Of a stretch of 64,000 nucleotides of DNA, positions 31,930 through 43,134 are shown one piece after another. Positions within the stretch are counted from its first letter, which is position 1. The number at the start of each line of letters is the position of its first letter. The notes under the pieces are model-generated. The model worked only from the letters and a program-made list of their open reading frames with translations, had not been told where the DNA came from and searched no databases. This DNA is from an uncultured Acidobacteriota bacterium (GTDB lineage: Bacteria; Acidobacteriota; Thermoanaerobaculia; Multivoradales; UBA5704): positions 1,813,766-1,877,765 of the forward strand of contig CAWHUF010000005.1 in the NCBI GenBank assembly GCA_963832495.1, written 5' to 3'. Both the position numbers and the translations under genes were made by a program.

Positions 31930-32354
31930 TCACTTCTTCGCGTTCGCCGCAACCGGCGCGAGCGACAGGTCGGGCCGTACCCAGCATGGCGTCGCCGCCG
32001 CGCCGCATCAGGTCTCCCCACTTGGCCTCGCCCTCGGGCCTTGGCGAGCGCAGCGAAGCCGTTATAGATGGATTCGAGGTCGGTGAAGCTGCGGATGGGG
32101 GTGACATAGGTGTACACGTAGTCGTCGCCCGCCACGGTGGTGAAGCTGAACGCCGGGCTGTGCGCGTGGTGCTTTTGCACGGTGGCGATGAGCTCCTTGT
32201 TGACCTCCTCGTACTGCTTGAGCATCGAGGGCTTGGCCATCTCCTGGTGCAGCACGAAGAAGCTGGGGGCTTGTGCGGCAAGGGCCGCGGGAACGAGGAC
32301 CGCCAGCAGCAGGGCGGCCAGCAGCAGGGCGGCCAGGCAGAATTTTCCTCTCAT
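31930..32354 (-). CDS. small secreted hypothetical protein (frameshifted near the 3' end)
   Basis: Signal peptide MRGKFCLAALLLAALLLAVLVPAALAAQA, then FFVLHQEMAKPSMLKQYEEVNKELIATVQKHHAHSPAFSFTTVAGDDYVYTYVTPIRSFTDLESIYNGFAALAKA. The sensible C-terminus (...RPDLSLAPVAANAKK*) lies in another frame ending at 31930. Confidence 0.35.
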
Positions 32355-32600
32355 GTCATCCTCCTGAGATTTGACGGCATCCGGAGAGAGCTACAGGAAA
32401 ATCGCGGATTCCGGATGAAGCCGCGGCGCGGCAGAGCTCCTGGAAGCACGAAAGAAGTAGCACTACGTCTCTGATTCCAATCGGCCAACGTCTTGCATGC
32501 CTGCTAGATTTGGGCGCCGCGTCCTGCTATCATTGTCGCAGTGCGGCATAGCCGGAAGCCGGCGGGCCTCACTCAAGCCAAACCAAAGGGGAAGAAGACA

Positions 32601-34532
32601 ATGTCGAAGGAGCTGGAGCAAATCAGCGAGCTGGAATCGAGGAAAGTGGCGGAGGCTTCTCGCGAGACCGAGTGGAAGCAGCCGAGCTTCCTGCGCGAGA
32701 TGTTCCTCGGCAACTTCCGGCTGGACCTGATCCATCCGTATCCGCAGCCGGAGCAGGAGCGCTCCGAGTTCGCCGCTTTCTACAACGCGATCAAAGAGTT
32801 TCTTCGTGACCAGGTGGACCCGGTCCAGATCGACACCACGGGCGAGTACCCGGAGCACGTGGTGGACGGCCTGCGCAAGCTGGGCGCCTTTGGCATGAAG
32901 ATCCCGAAGAAATACGGTGGCCTGGGCTTCACCAACACCGAGTACCAGAAGGTAATGCTGCTGCTGGGCTCGATCGACGGCAACCTCTCGGCGCTGCTGT
33001 CGGCCCACCAGTCGATCGGCGTGCCGCAGCCGCTCAAGCTGTTCGGCTCGGACGAGCTGAAGAAGAAGTACCTGCCGCGCTGCGCCGCGGGCGAGATCTC
33101 TGCCTTTGCGCTCACCGAGCCGCAGGTGGGATCCGACCCGGCCCGGCTGATGACGGACGCCGAGAAGACGCCCGAAGGGGACTACATCCTCAACGGCGAG
33201 AAGCTCTGGTGCACCAACGGCACGATCGCCAAGCTCCTAGTGGTCATGGCCCGCGATCCCAAGACCAAGAAGATCAGCGCCTTCGTGGTGGAGACGGCCT
33301 GGCCGGGCGTCAAGGTGGAGCACCGGTGCCACTTCATGGGCCTCCGGGCGCTGGCCAACGCCGTGATCACGTTCAAGAACGTGCGGGTGCCGGCTGGGAA
33401 CCTGATCGGCAGCGAGGGCAAGGGGCTCAAGATCGCCCTCACGACCCTGAACGACGGCCGCCTCTCGATCCCCAATGGATCGGTGGGCTCGGCCAAGCTC
33501 TGCCTGGAGATCTGCCGCAAGTGGGCGAGCGAGCGGGTGCAGTGGGGCAAGCCGGTGGGCAAGCACGAGGCGATCTCCCACAAGATCGCGGACATGGCGG
33601 CCAAGACGTTCGCCATGGAGTCGATCGCGGCGCTGGCGACCGCGATGTCCGATCAGGGCGGCTACGACATCCGCCTGGAGGCCGCGGCCTGCAAGGAGTG
33701 GAACTCGGCGCGCACCTGGGAGATCGTGGACGACACCATGCAGATCCGCGGCGGCCGGGGCTATGAGACAGAGACGTCGCTCGCGGCCCGCGGCGAGGAG
33801 CCGATCGGCGTCGAGCGGATGATGCGCGACTACCGCATCAACAAGATTTTCGAGGGCTCGTCCGAGATCATGCACCTGTTCATGGCCCGCGAGGCCGTGG
33901 ACAAGCACCTGCAGGTGGCCGGCGCCATGATCGATCCCGAAAAGAGCGTGGCGGAGAAGCTGGCCGAGCTGCCGAAGATGACGAGCTTCTACGCCTCCTG
34001 GTATCCGACCCGGTGGCTGGGCTGGGGCCAGTGGCCGCGCTACCAGGAGTTCGGCGAGCTGGCGCAGCATCTGCGCTTCTGCGAGCGGAACACCCGGCGG
34101 CTGTCGCGCCAGATCTTCCACGGCATGCTCGTCCACCAGGGCAAGCTGCAGCACAAGCAGGCATTCCTGTTCCGCCTGGTGGACATCGCCAACGAGCTGT
34201 TCGCCATGGCGGCCTCGGTCTCGCGGGCGCACGCCATGGTCGAGGCGGGACACCCCGAGGCGGCCAACGCCGTGGAGCTGGCGGACCTCTTCTGCCGCGG
34301 TTCGCGGCGGCTGGTCCTGCGGCTGTTCCACGAAGTGTGGGCCAACGACGACGTCCGCAAGTACAAGGTGGCGCTCAAGGTGCTGGACGGTAAGCACGCG
34401 TGGGTGGAGGATGGCATCCTCAGCCTGAAGGATCGCGGTATCCACGGGGGTGACCTGAAGCCCGAGGCCGTGGGCAGCGGCAAGGCCGAGCCCGTTGCCG
34501 TGCCGCGGGCGCGGCCGGTCGGCACGCACTGA
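32601..34532 (+). CDS. long (~640 aa) acyl-CoA dehydrogenase family protein with extra C-terminal helical domain
   Basis: [14 protein letters not shown] precedes ATG at 32601 (MSKELEQI...). ACAD N-terminal, middle beta and C-terminal alpha domains (catalytic-base region ...IRGGRGYETE...). Extended C-terminal domain as in FadE-type enzymes. Confidence 0.8.
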   Translation: MSKELEQISELESRKVAEASRETEWKQPSFLREMFLGNFRLDLIHPYPQPEQERSEFAAFYNAIKEFLRDQVDPVQIDTTGEYPEHVVDGLRKLGAFGMKIPKKYGGLGFTNTEYQKVMLLLGSIDGNLSALLSAHQSIGVPQPLKLFGSDELKKKYLPRCAAGEISAFALTEPQVGSDPARLMTDAEKTPEGDYILNGEKLWCTNGTIAKLLVVMARDPKTKKISAFVVETAWPGVKVEHRCHFMGLRALANAVITFKNVRVPAGNLIGSEGKGLKIALTTLNDGRLSIPNGSVGSAKLCLEICRKWASERVQWGKPVGKHEAISHKIADMAAKTFAMESIAALATAMSDQGGYDIRLEAAACKEWNSARTWEIVDDTMQIRGGRGYETETSLAARGEEPIGVERMMRDYRINKIFEGSSEIMHLFMAREAVDKHLQVAGAMIDPEKSVAEKLAELPKMTSFYASWYPTRWLGWGQWPRYQEFGELAQHLRFCERNTRRLSRQIFHGMLVHQGKLQHKQAFLFRLVDIANELFAMAASVSRAHAMVEAGHPEAANAVELADLFCRGSRRLVLRLFHEVWANDDVRKYKVALKVLDGKHAWVEDGILSLKDRGIHGGDLKPEAVGSGKAEPVAVPRARPVGTH

Positions 34533-34561
34533 GGCCTTCCCCTCTGGGGTAGGATGGCGCC

Positions 34562-35536
34562 GTGCGCGCCATCCTACCCACCGATCCTTCTGATTCTCCC
34601 AATCCTCAAGCAGGTGACCTCCCCGACCCGGTGCCCGGGCCGGGCGAGGTTCTCGTGGCCGTCGAGGCCGCGGGCCTCAATCACGCCGACCTCCACCAGC
34701 TCCGGGGGCAATATCCGCCGCCGCCCGGCGAGAGCCCGGTGCCGGGCCTGGAGTGCGCCGGCGTCGTGCTGGAGTCGGAGAAGGGAAGCCCCTGGCGGCC
34801 TGGCACGAGGGTCATGGCGTTGGTGGGAGGCGGTGCCCAGGCCACCCGCGCCGCCATTCCCGCGGGACAGCTCATGCCCATACCGGACAACCTGTCGCTG
34901 ATTGAGGGAGCCGCCATCCCCGAGGCCGGCCTCACGTCCTGGGTGAACCTGGTGGTGGAAGGGGGGCTCCAGGCGGGGGAGACGGTGCTGGTGACCGGGG
35001 CCACGGGGGGCATGGGGAGCTTCGCCGCGCAACTCGCCCGCGAGCTGGGGGCACGGGTGCTGGCGGCCGGCCGCAGCCGCGAGCGGCTGGAGCTGCTGCG
35101 CGGGTTGGGGATCGGGGAGGTCTGCCTCGAAGGCGCGAACCTGCCCAGCCAGGTGCGGGACGCCACGGGCGGCCGGGGCGTGGACCTCGTCCTCGACTTC
35201 ACAGGCGGACCCGAGATCGGCAGCCATCTGGCGGCGCTCGCCTATCGCGGGCGGCTGGTGCTGGTGGGGCTGGTGAGCGGCCGCAAGGCGGAGGTGGACC
35301 TGGGGCCCATCCTCAGCCGGCGCCTCAAGGTGATCGGCTCGGTGCTGCGCGCCCGTCCGCGGGAGGAGAAGGCGCGGCTCACGGCGGACTTCGCGGCCTT
35401 CGCCCTGCCGCGCCTGCGCGACGGCCGCCTGCGTCCCGTGGTGGACCGCACCTTCCCCCTGGAGCGGGCCGCCGAGGCCTACAAGGCCCTGGAGCGGGGC
35501 GGCGTGTTCGGCAAGGTCATTTTGACGATGGCGTGA
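34562..35536 (+). CDS. qor: NADPH:quinone oxidoreductase / zinc-independent MDR-family enoyl reductase-like protein
   Basis: GEVLVAVEAAGLNHADL...; cofactor-binding motif VLVTGATGGMGSFAAQLARELGARVLAAGR; ends ...ERGGVFGKVILTMA. Confidence 0.75.
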   Translation: MRAILPTDPSDSPNPQAGDLPDPVPGPGEVLVAVEAAGLNHADLHQLRGQYPPPPGESPVPGLECAGVVLESEKGSPWRPGTRVMALVGGGAQATRAAIPAGQLMPIPDNLSLIEGAAIPEAGLTSWVNLVVEGGLQAGETVLVTGATGGMGSFAAQLARELGARVLAAGRSRERLELLRGLGIGEVCLEGANLPSQVRDATGGRGVDLVLDFTGGPEIGSHLAALAYRGRLVLVGLVSGRKAEVDLGPILSRRLKVIGSVLRARPREEKARLTADFAAFALPRLRDGRLRPVVDRTFPLERAAEAYKALERGGVFGKVILTMA

Positions 35537-37283
35537 CGCCTCCGCCCACTTCCACCTTCCGGCTCAGGTAGGAGGTGGCGGCGCCGAGCTCGTCGCGCAC
35601 CGCGACCGCCACGGTCTGGGCACCGGCCGGCATCTGGAGCGTCAGGGTGTAGAGGTAGAACTGGCCCAGGGCACCCAGGACCTGCTTGCGGGGGATCTGG
35701 ATGGGCACGGGCACCTGCCGCGGGGGCGAGGTGCCGCCCTTGTCGTCGCCGGTGATGACCAGCAGGCGGAGCTTGCCTTCGTAGGAACCCTGCCGGTTCA
35801 CGACGGTCAGCCGGAACATGGGGATCCGGAGGCGGACGGGCACCGTGTAGCTGCCGTCCTCCGACCGGGTGGCATCGCCGATCTCCATGGTGATCTCCAT
35901 GGGGTTGTCCTCAATGCCGTGGACGAGCGCCGCGAGGGTGCGGTCCACGACCCTCTCCGCGAGCGGCTTGTCGCGGTAGCCCTGGCGGTGGCGGACCTTG
36001 AGGCCGGCTTTCCTGACCTTGACCTCGAGCTGGTGCTGGCGGCCGTCGCCCGTGTGGGCGGGCGTGTAGCCCAGGGAGTAGTAGACGGAGAAGTCCTCCC
36101 GCATGCGGCCGAGGTCGGGGAGGAAGTCGTTGACGTTCAGGATGGCCCGGCCGCCCGTGTCCGCGGCCATGGCGGAGAGCGAATTCTGGACGTTGGTGGT
36201 CTGCACCTGGTGGACCGTCATGAGCTGGAGCGCCCGCTCGCCGGGCTCGATCTCCGCGTCGGCCGAGGCGAGTCCCCGGAGGCCGCTGGCCTGGAGGGTG
36301 TAGAAGGTCACCCGGTTGGCGTTGGCGTGCGCCGTGAGATCCGCAAAGCGGTCGGCGACGCCATGCTTCTGGGCGTCGATGAGCGCCTGCTGGGCCGGGT
36401 ATCCGGCGCTCGCGGGCGCCCGGCCCGCCGTGGCGAACGGATCGACGACGACGAGCCCGGAGCTCCCCGCGCCGCCGCCGCAGACTTCGTAGACCACCTG
36501 GTAGAGCTCCTCGCCGGGGGTCATGGGGAGGCCGTCGCTGACGTAGAGCACAGCCTTGCGGCCCGGGATGCCAGCCAGCGAATTGACCAGGAACTTGAGG
36601 GCCCCGAGAGTCCGCAGGACCTCGTTGCGGGTCTGCTGGGCGTAGGTCTCGATGGGCGCCATCATCGCGTAGCTGCAGGGGTCGAGCGCGTTGATCGAGA
36701 ACATGGTGCGCAAGGCCGACCGCCGGTCCTGGTCCAGCTGGATGCCGCCGGGGGTGGCGACCTTCTCGATTTCCTGGAGGGTCTTGTCGAGGGCCGCCGG
36801 ATCGCCGGTGAAGGGCTGGCGCACCTTGAGGCCCAGGTCGTGGGTGGCGAGCATCACCCGGTCGAGGGGGCGGACGTTCCGGGCGAGGAACTGGCGGATC
36901 TGGTTCACGGCGCGCGTGCGGTTCTCCGGCCGCAGGTGGGCGTTGTCGACCAGCACCACCAGGTTCAGCCAGTCGTCCGGGATGGCCTCGGAGGCCGCCG
37001 CCGGAGCGGCCGGAGCCGCGGGCTCCGTGGCAGCGGGCTGAGAGGGGCTGTCCGGAACGGTCCGCGCCACGGCGGCGAAGTTGGTGATCGCGACCGGCTT
37101 GCCGTCTTCCAGGACCTCGAAGTCTTCCTTCCTGAGGCCGGTCACCCGCTTGCCGTCCTTGTCGGTGACGTAGACCTCGACGTTGACGACATTGACCTCC
37201 ACGACATCGCCGAAGGATTGGGAAGCGGCGGGCGCCGGAGGCCAGGTGAACAACAGGAGCAGGAGAGCGAGCCGGATTTTCAT
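35517..37283 (-). CDS. VWFA-related acidobacterial-type domain protein (TIGR03436-like), paralog 1 of 4
   Basis: Signal peptide MKIRLALLLLLFTWPPAPAASQ, then the family-defining N-terminus FGDVVEVNVVNVEVYVTDKDGKRVTGLRKEDFEVLEDGKPVAITNF, a VWA-like alpha/beta body, and a C-terminal beta region. The supplied ORF start (37403) is an N-terminal over-extension. Confidence 0.75.
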   Translation of the reverse strand: MKIRLALLLLLFTWPPAPAASQSFGDVVEVNVVNVEVYVTDKDGKRVTGLRKEDFEVLEDGKPVAITNFAAVARTVPDSPSQPAATEPAAPAAPAAASEAIPDDWLNLVVLVDNAHLRPENRTRAVNQIRQFLARNVRPLDRVMLATHDLGLKVRQPFTGDPAALDKTLQEIEKVATPGGIQLDQDRRSALRTMFSINALDPCSYAMMAPIETYAQQTRNEVLRTLGALKFLVNSLAGIPGRKAVLYVSDGLPMTPGEELYQVVYEVCGGGAGSSGLVVVDPFATAGRAPASAGYPAQQALIDAQKHGVADRFADLTAHANANRVTFYTLQASGLRGLASADAEIEPGERALQLMTVHQVQTTNVQNSLSAMAADTGGRAILNVNDFLPDLGRMREDFSVYYSLGYTPAHTGDGRQHQLEVKVRKAGLKVRHRQGYRDKPLAERVVDRTLAALVHGIEDNPMEITMEIGDATRSEDGSYTVPVRLRIPMFRLTVVNRQGSYEGKLRLLVITGDDKGGTSPPRQVPVPIQIPRKQVLGALGQFYLYTLTLQMPAGAQTVAVAVRDELGAATSYLSRKVEVGGGVTPSSK

Positions 37284-37293
37284 GGGGTCTTTC

Positions 37294-39198
37294 CTAGGGA
37301 TTGACGGCTGCCTTGTTGGCCGGGGGGACGGTGACGGCGCGGGAGAGGAACGAGGCGGTCGAGGCGATCTCGTCCCGCACGCCCAGCGCGACCCGCTGCT
37401 CACCCGGAGGGAGCTGCAGGGTCAGGGTATAGAGATAGAACTGGCCCATGGCCCTCAGCACCTCGTTGCGGGGGATGCTCAGGGGCACCGCCACCTGCCG
37501 CACCGGCGAGGTGGCGCCATCCTGGTTGCGGGTGATCACGAACAGCCTGAGGCTCCCCTGGAAGGTTTCCTCGTGGTTGAGGATCGCCAGCTTGAAGAGG
37601 GGGATCCGGAGCCGGATGGGAACCGCCACGCTGCCCGCGGGTCCGGGGCTGAGGTCGCCGATCTCGACGGAGATGTCGAGCGGGTTGTCCTCGATGTTGT
37701 AGAGGAGGGCCGCGAAGGTGTGGTCGATGACTTTTTCCAGGGGTGTCTTGTCGCGGTAGGTCTGGCGGTACCGCAGCCGCAATCCGGGCCGCTTGACCTT
37801 CACCTCGATCCGGTGCTCCCGGCCGTCGCCGCTGTGGGCCGGGGTGAAGCCGAGCGAATAGAAGCTCAGCGCATCCTCGCGCACCCGGGCGAGGTCGGGC
37901 AGGAATTCGTTGGCGTCGAGGATCGCGCGCCCGCCCGTTTCGTCGGCCAGGAGCTGGAGCGAGTCGCGGTTGCTCGCCCGCAGGGTGGCGCCGATGGAGG
38001 GGAACTGGAACAGCCGGTCCTCCGGTCCGAAGCTGGCATCGGAGGCATCGGAGGCCTGGAGGCCCGGCTGCAGGGTGTAGAGGGTGACCCGGTGCGCGTT
38101 GGCGTGGGCCGCCAGGGACTGGAGGTTCTTGGCGACGTTGTAGCTCTGCGCATCCAGGGGAGCCTGGGAGGCGGCCTGATAGGCGGCGGGACCGATCTCC
38201 CGGGCGTCGAAGACCTGATAGGTGTTGAGGTCCAGAGCGCCACCGGGTTTCGGTGCGCCCCCGCCTCCGCCATCGGTGGTCCTGCCCGCGATTCCCCCCT
38301 GGCTGAACCCGCTCGTACCGCCGCCGCCGCAGAGCTCGACCAGGAACTGGAACGTCTCCTCGCCGGGAGTGAGGGGAATGCCGTCGCTGATGTGGAGCAC
38401 CGCCTTGCGGCCCGGCACGCCGGAGAGCGAGTTGACCAGGAGGGTGAGAGTGCTGAGCGTGCGCAGCACCTCCTGGCGCCGCGCGGAGGCGTAGGTGTGG
38501 GCGGGGTTCGCGATGTTCTGAGGGCAGGGCAGGGGCTCTGGATCGAGGAGCGAGGCCTCCTGGATGGCGAACATGGCCTGCAAGGCCTGCCGCCGGTCCC
38601 GGTTGATGGTGTCGCCCTGCGCCGACAGCTTGCCCAGGCCGTCGAGCGCCTGGACGATGGCCGCCGGGTCGCTGCTGAAGGGGAGCCGCACGTTCAGGCT
38701 GAAGTCGTTGGTGACCACCATCACGCGGTCGCCGGGAGCGAGCTGGCGGGTCAGGAATTCGCGGAGCTGCCGGATGGCGCGGGCGCGGCTGGCCGGGCGG
38801 ATGTTCTGGTTGTCGAAGTAGACCACCAGGCTCCAGGCGTCTTCCGGAGCCCTTGTTGTCGAGGGGGTTGCCGAGGGGGTTGCCGAGGGGGCTCCCGGAG
38901 AGGTCTCCGAAGGCTCGCCGGCCGGTCCAGCGGCGGGCCGCGAAGGCTGGCCGCCGGTCACGGTTTCGAAGTTCGAGATTTCGACCCGCTTGCCGTCCTC
39001 CAGGAGCTCGAAATCCCCCTTGCGGAGGTCGGCCACCCGGTTGCCGGCCTTGTCCGTGACGTAGACCTCGACGTTGACGACGTTGACCTCCACCACCTCG
39101 CCGAAAGTCTGGGGAGCGGCGGGCGGTGCCGCTTTCTGCGCGGCGAAGGTCGGGGTCCAGGCAACCAGCAGGAGCGGAAGAACGGGCAGGACCTTCAT
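37294..39198 (-). CDS. VWFA-related acidobacterial-type domain protein, paralog 2
   Basis: MKVLPVLPLLLVAWTPTFAAQ...FGEVVEVNVVNVEVYVTDKAGNRVADLRKGDFELLEDGKRVEISNF. Intact 634-aa frame. The 10-bp intergenic gap to paralog 1 suggests co-transcription. Confidence 0.8.
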   Translation of the reverse strand: MKVLPVLPLLLVAWTPTFAAQKAAPPAAPQTFGEVVEVNVVNVEVYVTDKAGNRVADLRKGDFELLEDGKRVEISNFETVTGGQPSRPAAGPAGEPSETSPGAPSATPSATPSTTRAPEDAWSLVVYFDNQNIRPASRARAIRQLREFLTRQLAPGDRVMVVTNDFSLNVRLPFSSDPAAIVQALDGLGKLSAQGDTINRDRRQALQAMFAIQEASLLDPEPLPCPQNIANPAHTYASARRQEVLRTLSTLTLLVNSLSGVPGRKAVLHISDGIPLTPGEETFQFLVELCGGGGTSGFSQGGIAGRTTDGGGGGAPKPGGALDLNTYQVFDAREIGPAAYQAASQAPLDAQSYNVAKNLQSLAAHANAHRVTLYTLQPGLQASDASDASFGPEDRLFQFPSIGATLRASNRDSLQLLADETGGRAILDANEFLPDLARVREDALSFYSLGFTPAHSGDGREHRIEVKVKRPGLRLRYRQTYRDKTPLEKVIDHTFAALLYNIEDNPLDISVEIGDLSPGPAGSVAVPIRLRIPLFKLAILNHEETFQGSLRLFVITRNQDGATSPVRQVAVPLSIPRNEVLRAMGQFYLYTLTLQLPPGEQRVALGVRDEIASTASFLSRAVTVPPANKAAVNP

Positions 39199-39207
39199 GG
39201 CTTCCTC

Positions 39208-41120
39208 CTAAGGGCTTACCGCCACGGCCGCTGGTTCTGAAGGCCTGACGGTCACGGCCCGGCTCAGGTAGGACGTAGTGGCGGAGGTGTCGTCCCGTAC
39301 GCCCACGGCCACCTTCTGCTCGCCGGGAACGAGGTTGAGAGTCAGGGTGTAGACGTAGAACTGGCCGAGGGCGTGCAACACGTCATCCTTCGGGATCCGG
39401 ACCGGCACCGGCACCTGCTTGACCGCCGACGCGCGGCCATCCACCGTGCGGGTGGCCACCAGCACGCGCAGGTTCCCCTCGTAGACGCCGTCTCCCCGGA
39501 GCACGGCCACCTTGGCCAGCGGGATGCGCAGGCGCACGGGAAGGGCCACGGTGCCGGAGGGGCCGGGGGACTGCTCGCCCAGCTCCATCTCGATCTTCAG
39601 CGGGTTGTCCTCGATGTCGTAGAGCAGGGCGGACAGAGTGCGGTCCACGGCCCTTTCGATGGGAGTCTTGTCGCGGTAGCTCTCGCGGTAGCGGAGCTTG
39701 GCGCCCTTGCGCCTGACCCGCACCTCGAGCCGGTGCTCGCCGCCGGCCGCCTTGTGGTTGGGGGTGAAGCCGAGGGAGTAGTAGCTCTCGAAGTCCTCCC
39801 GCATGCGCGCCAGCTCGGGCCTGAAGTCGTTGACGTCGAGCATGGCCCGGCCGCCCGTGCCGTCGGCCATGGCGTAGAGCGAGTTCTGGAGGCTCGCCCG
39901 CTGGGCCGTGCCGATCGAGGCGAACTGGAACAGCCGGTCCGTGGTGCCGGCCGCGGCGTTGGAGGCGGCGGGCGCCTCGGCGCCCGAGGCCTGGAGCGTG
40001 TAGAGCGTGACCCGCTGGGCGTTGGAATGAGCCACCAGGGCACCGAGCTGCTTCACCAGGGTGTAGGTCTGGGCGTCGATGGGCGCCTGCGAGCCGGCCT
40101 TGTAGGACCAGGGGCCGAGCGCCGCCGCGTCATAGACCGCCAGGGGATCCAGGGAGGGCTGCCGCGGGTTCCGGTTGAGGACCCGGCCGTCTTCACCGGG
40201 CTCATCATCCTTGAGAATTTCCGTCTCCTGGGTGTTGCCCGGGGTGCTCCGTCCGAGGCCGGCTGAGCTGCCGCCGCCGCAAAGCTCCGCCAGGAACTGG
40301 AAGACCTCCTCGCCCGGGGTGGCCGGAATGCCGTCGCTGACGTACAGCACGGCCTTGCGGCCCGGCACGCCGGAGAGCGAGTTCACCAGCACGGTGAGAG
40401 AGCCCAGGGTCCGCGTCACCTCGTCGCGGCGGATCTGGGCGAATTCGTGGGCGGGCCTGGCGATTTCCAGAGGGCAGGGCCGCGGGTTCGTGAAGTCGGC
40501 CACCGACGCTTCCTGGATGGCCATGACCTCCCGGAACGCCTGCTGGCGCTGCAGGTCGATGGCGGCGCCGCCCGTCGCGAGCTTTTCGATTTCCGCCAGG
40601 GCCGTGCCCACGGCCGCCGGATCCGAGGTGAAGGGGAGCCGCACGGTGAAGCCCTGTTCGTAGCTCACCACCATCACCCGGTCCCGGGGGCGAGCTCCCG
40701 GCCCAGGAAGTCCCGGAGCTGCTGCAGGACCCGCGTGCGGTTGCCAGGGTGGAGATTGAAGTTGTCGACGTAGACGATGAGGTTCCAGAGGTCCTCGGGA
40801 GCGGCAGCGGCGGCCGCCTCTTCGGCCGCCGGGCGCGCGGGCGGTGTTTCCTCCCCGTCCTCCCTGGAGACGCCCGCCACGACGGCGGCGAAGTTGGAGA
40901 TGTCGATCCGCTTGCCGTCCTCGAACAGCTCGAAGTCCCGCTTCCGCAGGCCCGTGATGGGCTTGCCGTTCGCGTCCGTGACGCGGACGTCGACGTTGAC
41001 GACGTTGATCTCCACCACTTCCGTGAAGGAGGGGGGATCGAGCATCGTCGCGGACTGAGCGGTGGCGAGTGCCGGAACCCAGAAGGCCGGCAGGAGCAGG
41101 AAACCCGGGTGGAATTTCAT
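39208..41120 (-). CDS. VWFA-related acidobacterial-type domain protein, paralog 3 (one frameshift at about 40680 in a G-run)
   Basis: N-terminal piece 40674..41120 (MKFHPGFLLLPAFWVPALATAQ...FTEVVEINVVNVDVRVTDANGKPITGLRKRDFELFEDGKRIDISNF...LAPG) joins C-terminal piece 39208..40677 (...MVVSYEQGFTVRLPF...) across ccggggg. Confidence 0.7.
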
Positions 41121-41146
41121 GGCAAAATCTCCCTCAGGGACTGACC

Positions 41147-43062
41147 TCAGGGACTGACGGCCACGGCCGCCCTGTCCGAAGGCATGACGGTTACGGCCCG
41201 GCTCAGGTAGGACGTGCTGGCGGAGGTATCGTCCCGCACGCCGATGGCCACCTTCTGCTCGCCGGGAGCCAGATTGAGAGTCAGAGTGTAGACGTAGACC
41301 TGGCCGAGGGCGTGCAGGACCTCGTTCCTCGGGATCCGGACCGGCACCGGCACCTGCTTGACCGCCGAGGCGCGGCCGTCGGCCGTGCGGATGGCCACCA
41401 GAACGCGCAGGTTCCCCTCGTAGACGCCGTCGCCCCGGAGCACGGCCACCTTGGACAGCGGGATGCGCAGGCGTACGGGAAGGGCCACGGTGCCGGAGGG
41501 GCCGGGGGACTGTTCGCCCAGCTCCATTTCGATCTTCAGCGGATTGTCCTCGATATCGTAGAGCAGGGCGGCCAGGGTGCGGTCCACGACCCTTTCGATG
41601 GGGGTCTTGTCGCGGTAGCTCTCGCGGTAGCGGAGCCGGGCGCCCTTGCGTTTGACCCGCACCTCGAGCCGGTGCTCGGCGCCGGCCGTCTTGTGATCGG
41701 GAGTAAAGCCGAGAGAGTAGTAGCTCTCGAAGTCCTCCCGCATGCGCGCCAGCTCGGGCCTGAAATCGTTGACGTCGAGCATGGCCCGTCCGCCCGTGCC
41801 GTCGGCCATGGCATAGAGCGAATTTTGGAGGCTCGCCCGCTGGGCCGCGGCGATCGAGGCGAACTGGAACAGACGTTCCAGGGGGCCGGCCGCGGCGTTG
41901 GAGGCCGCCGGCGCCTCGGCGCCCGAGGCCTGAAGAGTGTAAAGGGTGACCCGCTGGGCATTGGCGTGGGCCACCAGGGCATTGAGCTGCTTGATCACGC
42001 TGTAGCCCTGGGCGTCGAGGGGCGCCTGGGAGACGGCCTTGTAGGCCCAGGGTCCGAGCGCCGACGTGTCGTAGACGGCCAGCGGGTCCAGTTCCTGGGA
42101 CTGGCCGGCTGGAGGGCCGCCGCCTCCCCCTTCGCCGTCACCATCTCCATAGTCGTTCTCCGGCGCGTTGCCTCGGTTGCTCTGCCCCAGGCCGGCCGTG
42201 GGGCCACCACCGCAGAGCCCGCCAGGAACTGGAAGACCTCCTCCCCGGGGACGGCCGGGATGCCGTCGCTGACGTAGAGCACGGCCTTGCGGCCCGGCAC
42301 GCCGGAAAGCGAGTTCACCAGAACGGTGAGGGAGCCCAGGCTCCGCAGCACTTCGTCGCGGCGGAGCTGGGCGTAATCGTGGGCCGGCCTGGCAATGTCG
42401 AGAGGACAGGGCTTCGGCTGAGGGTCGGCGAGCGAAGCTTCCTGAACGGTCATGATCTGCCGGAATGCATGCTGGCGGTCGGTGTCGCTGGAGCTGCCAC
42501 GCGTGGCGAGCTTCTCTGTCTGTGTCAGAGCCGCGCTGACGGCCGCGGGATCCGAGGTGAAGGGGAGCCGCACGGCGAGGCCCAGGTCGTAGCTCACCAG
42601 CATCACCCGGTCCCGGGGCCTGAGCTCCCGGCCCAGGAAGTCGCGGAGTTGCTTCAGCACCCGCGCCCGGTTGCCGGGGCGGAGGTTGAAGTTGTCGACG
42701 TAGACGATCAGGTTCCAGGCATCCTCGGGGCTCGCAGCAACCGAGGGGGAGGGGGCCTCTGCCGCTGCCGAGGAGGGCGCGGGCGTCTCCTCCCGGTCCT
42801 CACTGGAGATTCCTCTCTCGACGGCGGCGAAGTTGGCGATGTCCACCCGCTTGCCATCCTCGAACAGCTCGAAGTCCCTCTGCCGCAGGCCGGTGATGGG
42901 CTTGCCATCCGCGTCCGTGACGCGGACGTCGACGTTGACGACGTTGACGTCCACCGCTGCCGTGAAGGAGGGCGGATCGAGCATCTCCTCCTGCGCAGCT
43001 GCAAGCCCCGGGAGGCCGCAGACCAGAGACAGGAACAGGGCACAGGCAAGTGGGGCTTTCAC
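41147..43062 (-). CDS. VWFA-related acidobacterial-type domain protein, paralog 4 (at least 2 frameshifts, about 42000 and about 42230)
   Basis: MKAPLACALFLSLVCGLPGLAAAQ...FTAAVDVNVVNVDVRVTDADGKPITGLRQRDFELFEDGKRVDIANF. The central ~60 codons of the supplied ORF read as frame-garbage, while the 41147..41998 piece is >85% identical to paralog 3. Confidence 0.65.
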
Positions 43063-43134
43063 GGTCGAGCCCCTCCCCGAAGCAGGATTGAATTTTCCTC
43101 AAAGAAGATATGCAAGGTGTGATCCATCCCCCGC

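Noticed and set aside
33237-34529. 430-aa minus-strand ORF inside the acyl-CoA dehydrogenase gene
   Set aside because: Antisense to a high-confidence ACAD, with no family similarity. The same applies to plus-strand ORFs 35919-37304, 37183-39240, 39373-40266, 41069-42277, 57804-59411 and 59673-61037, which are opposite the VWFA and CrtI genes.
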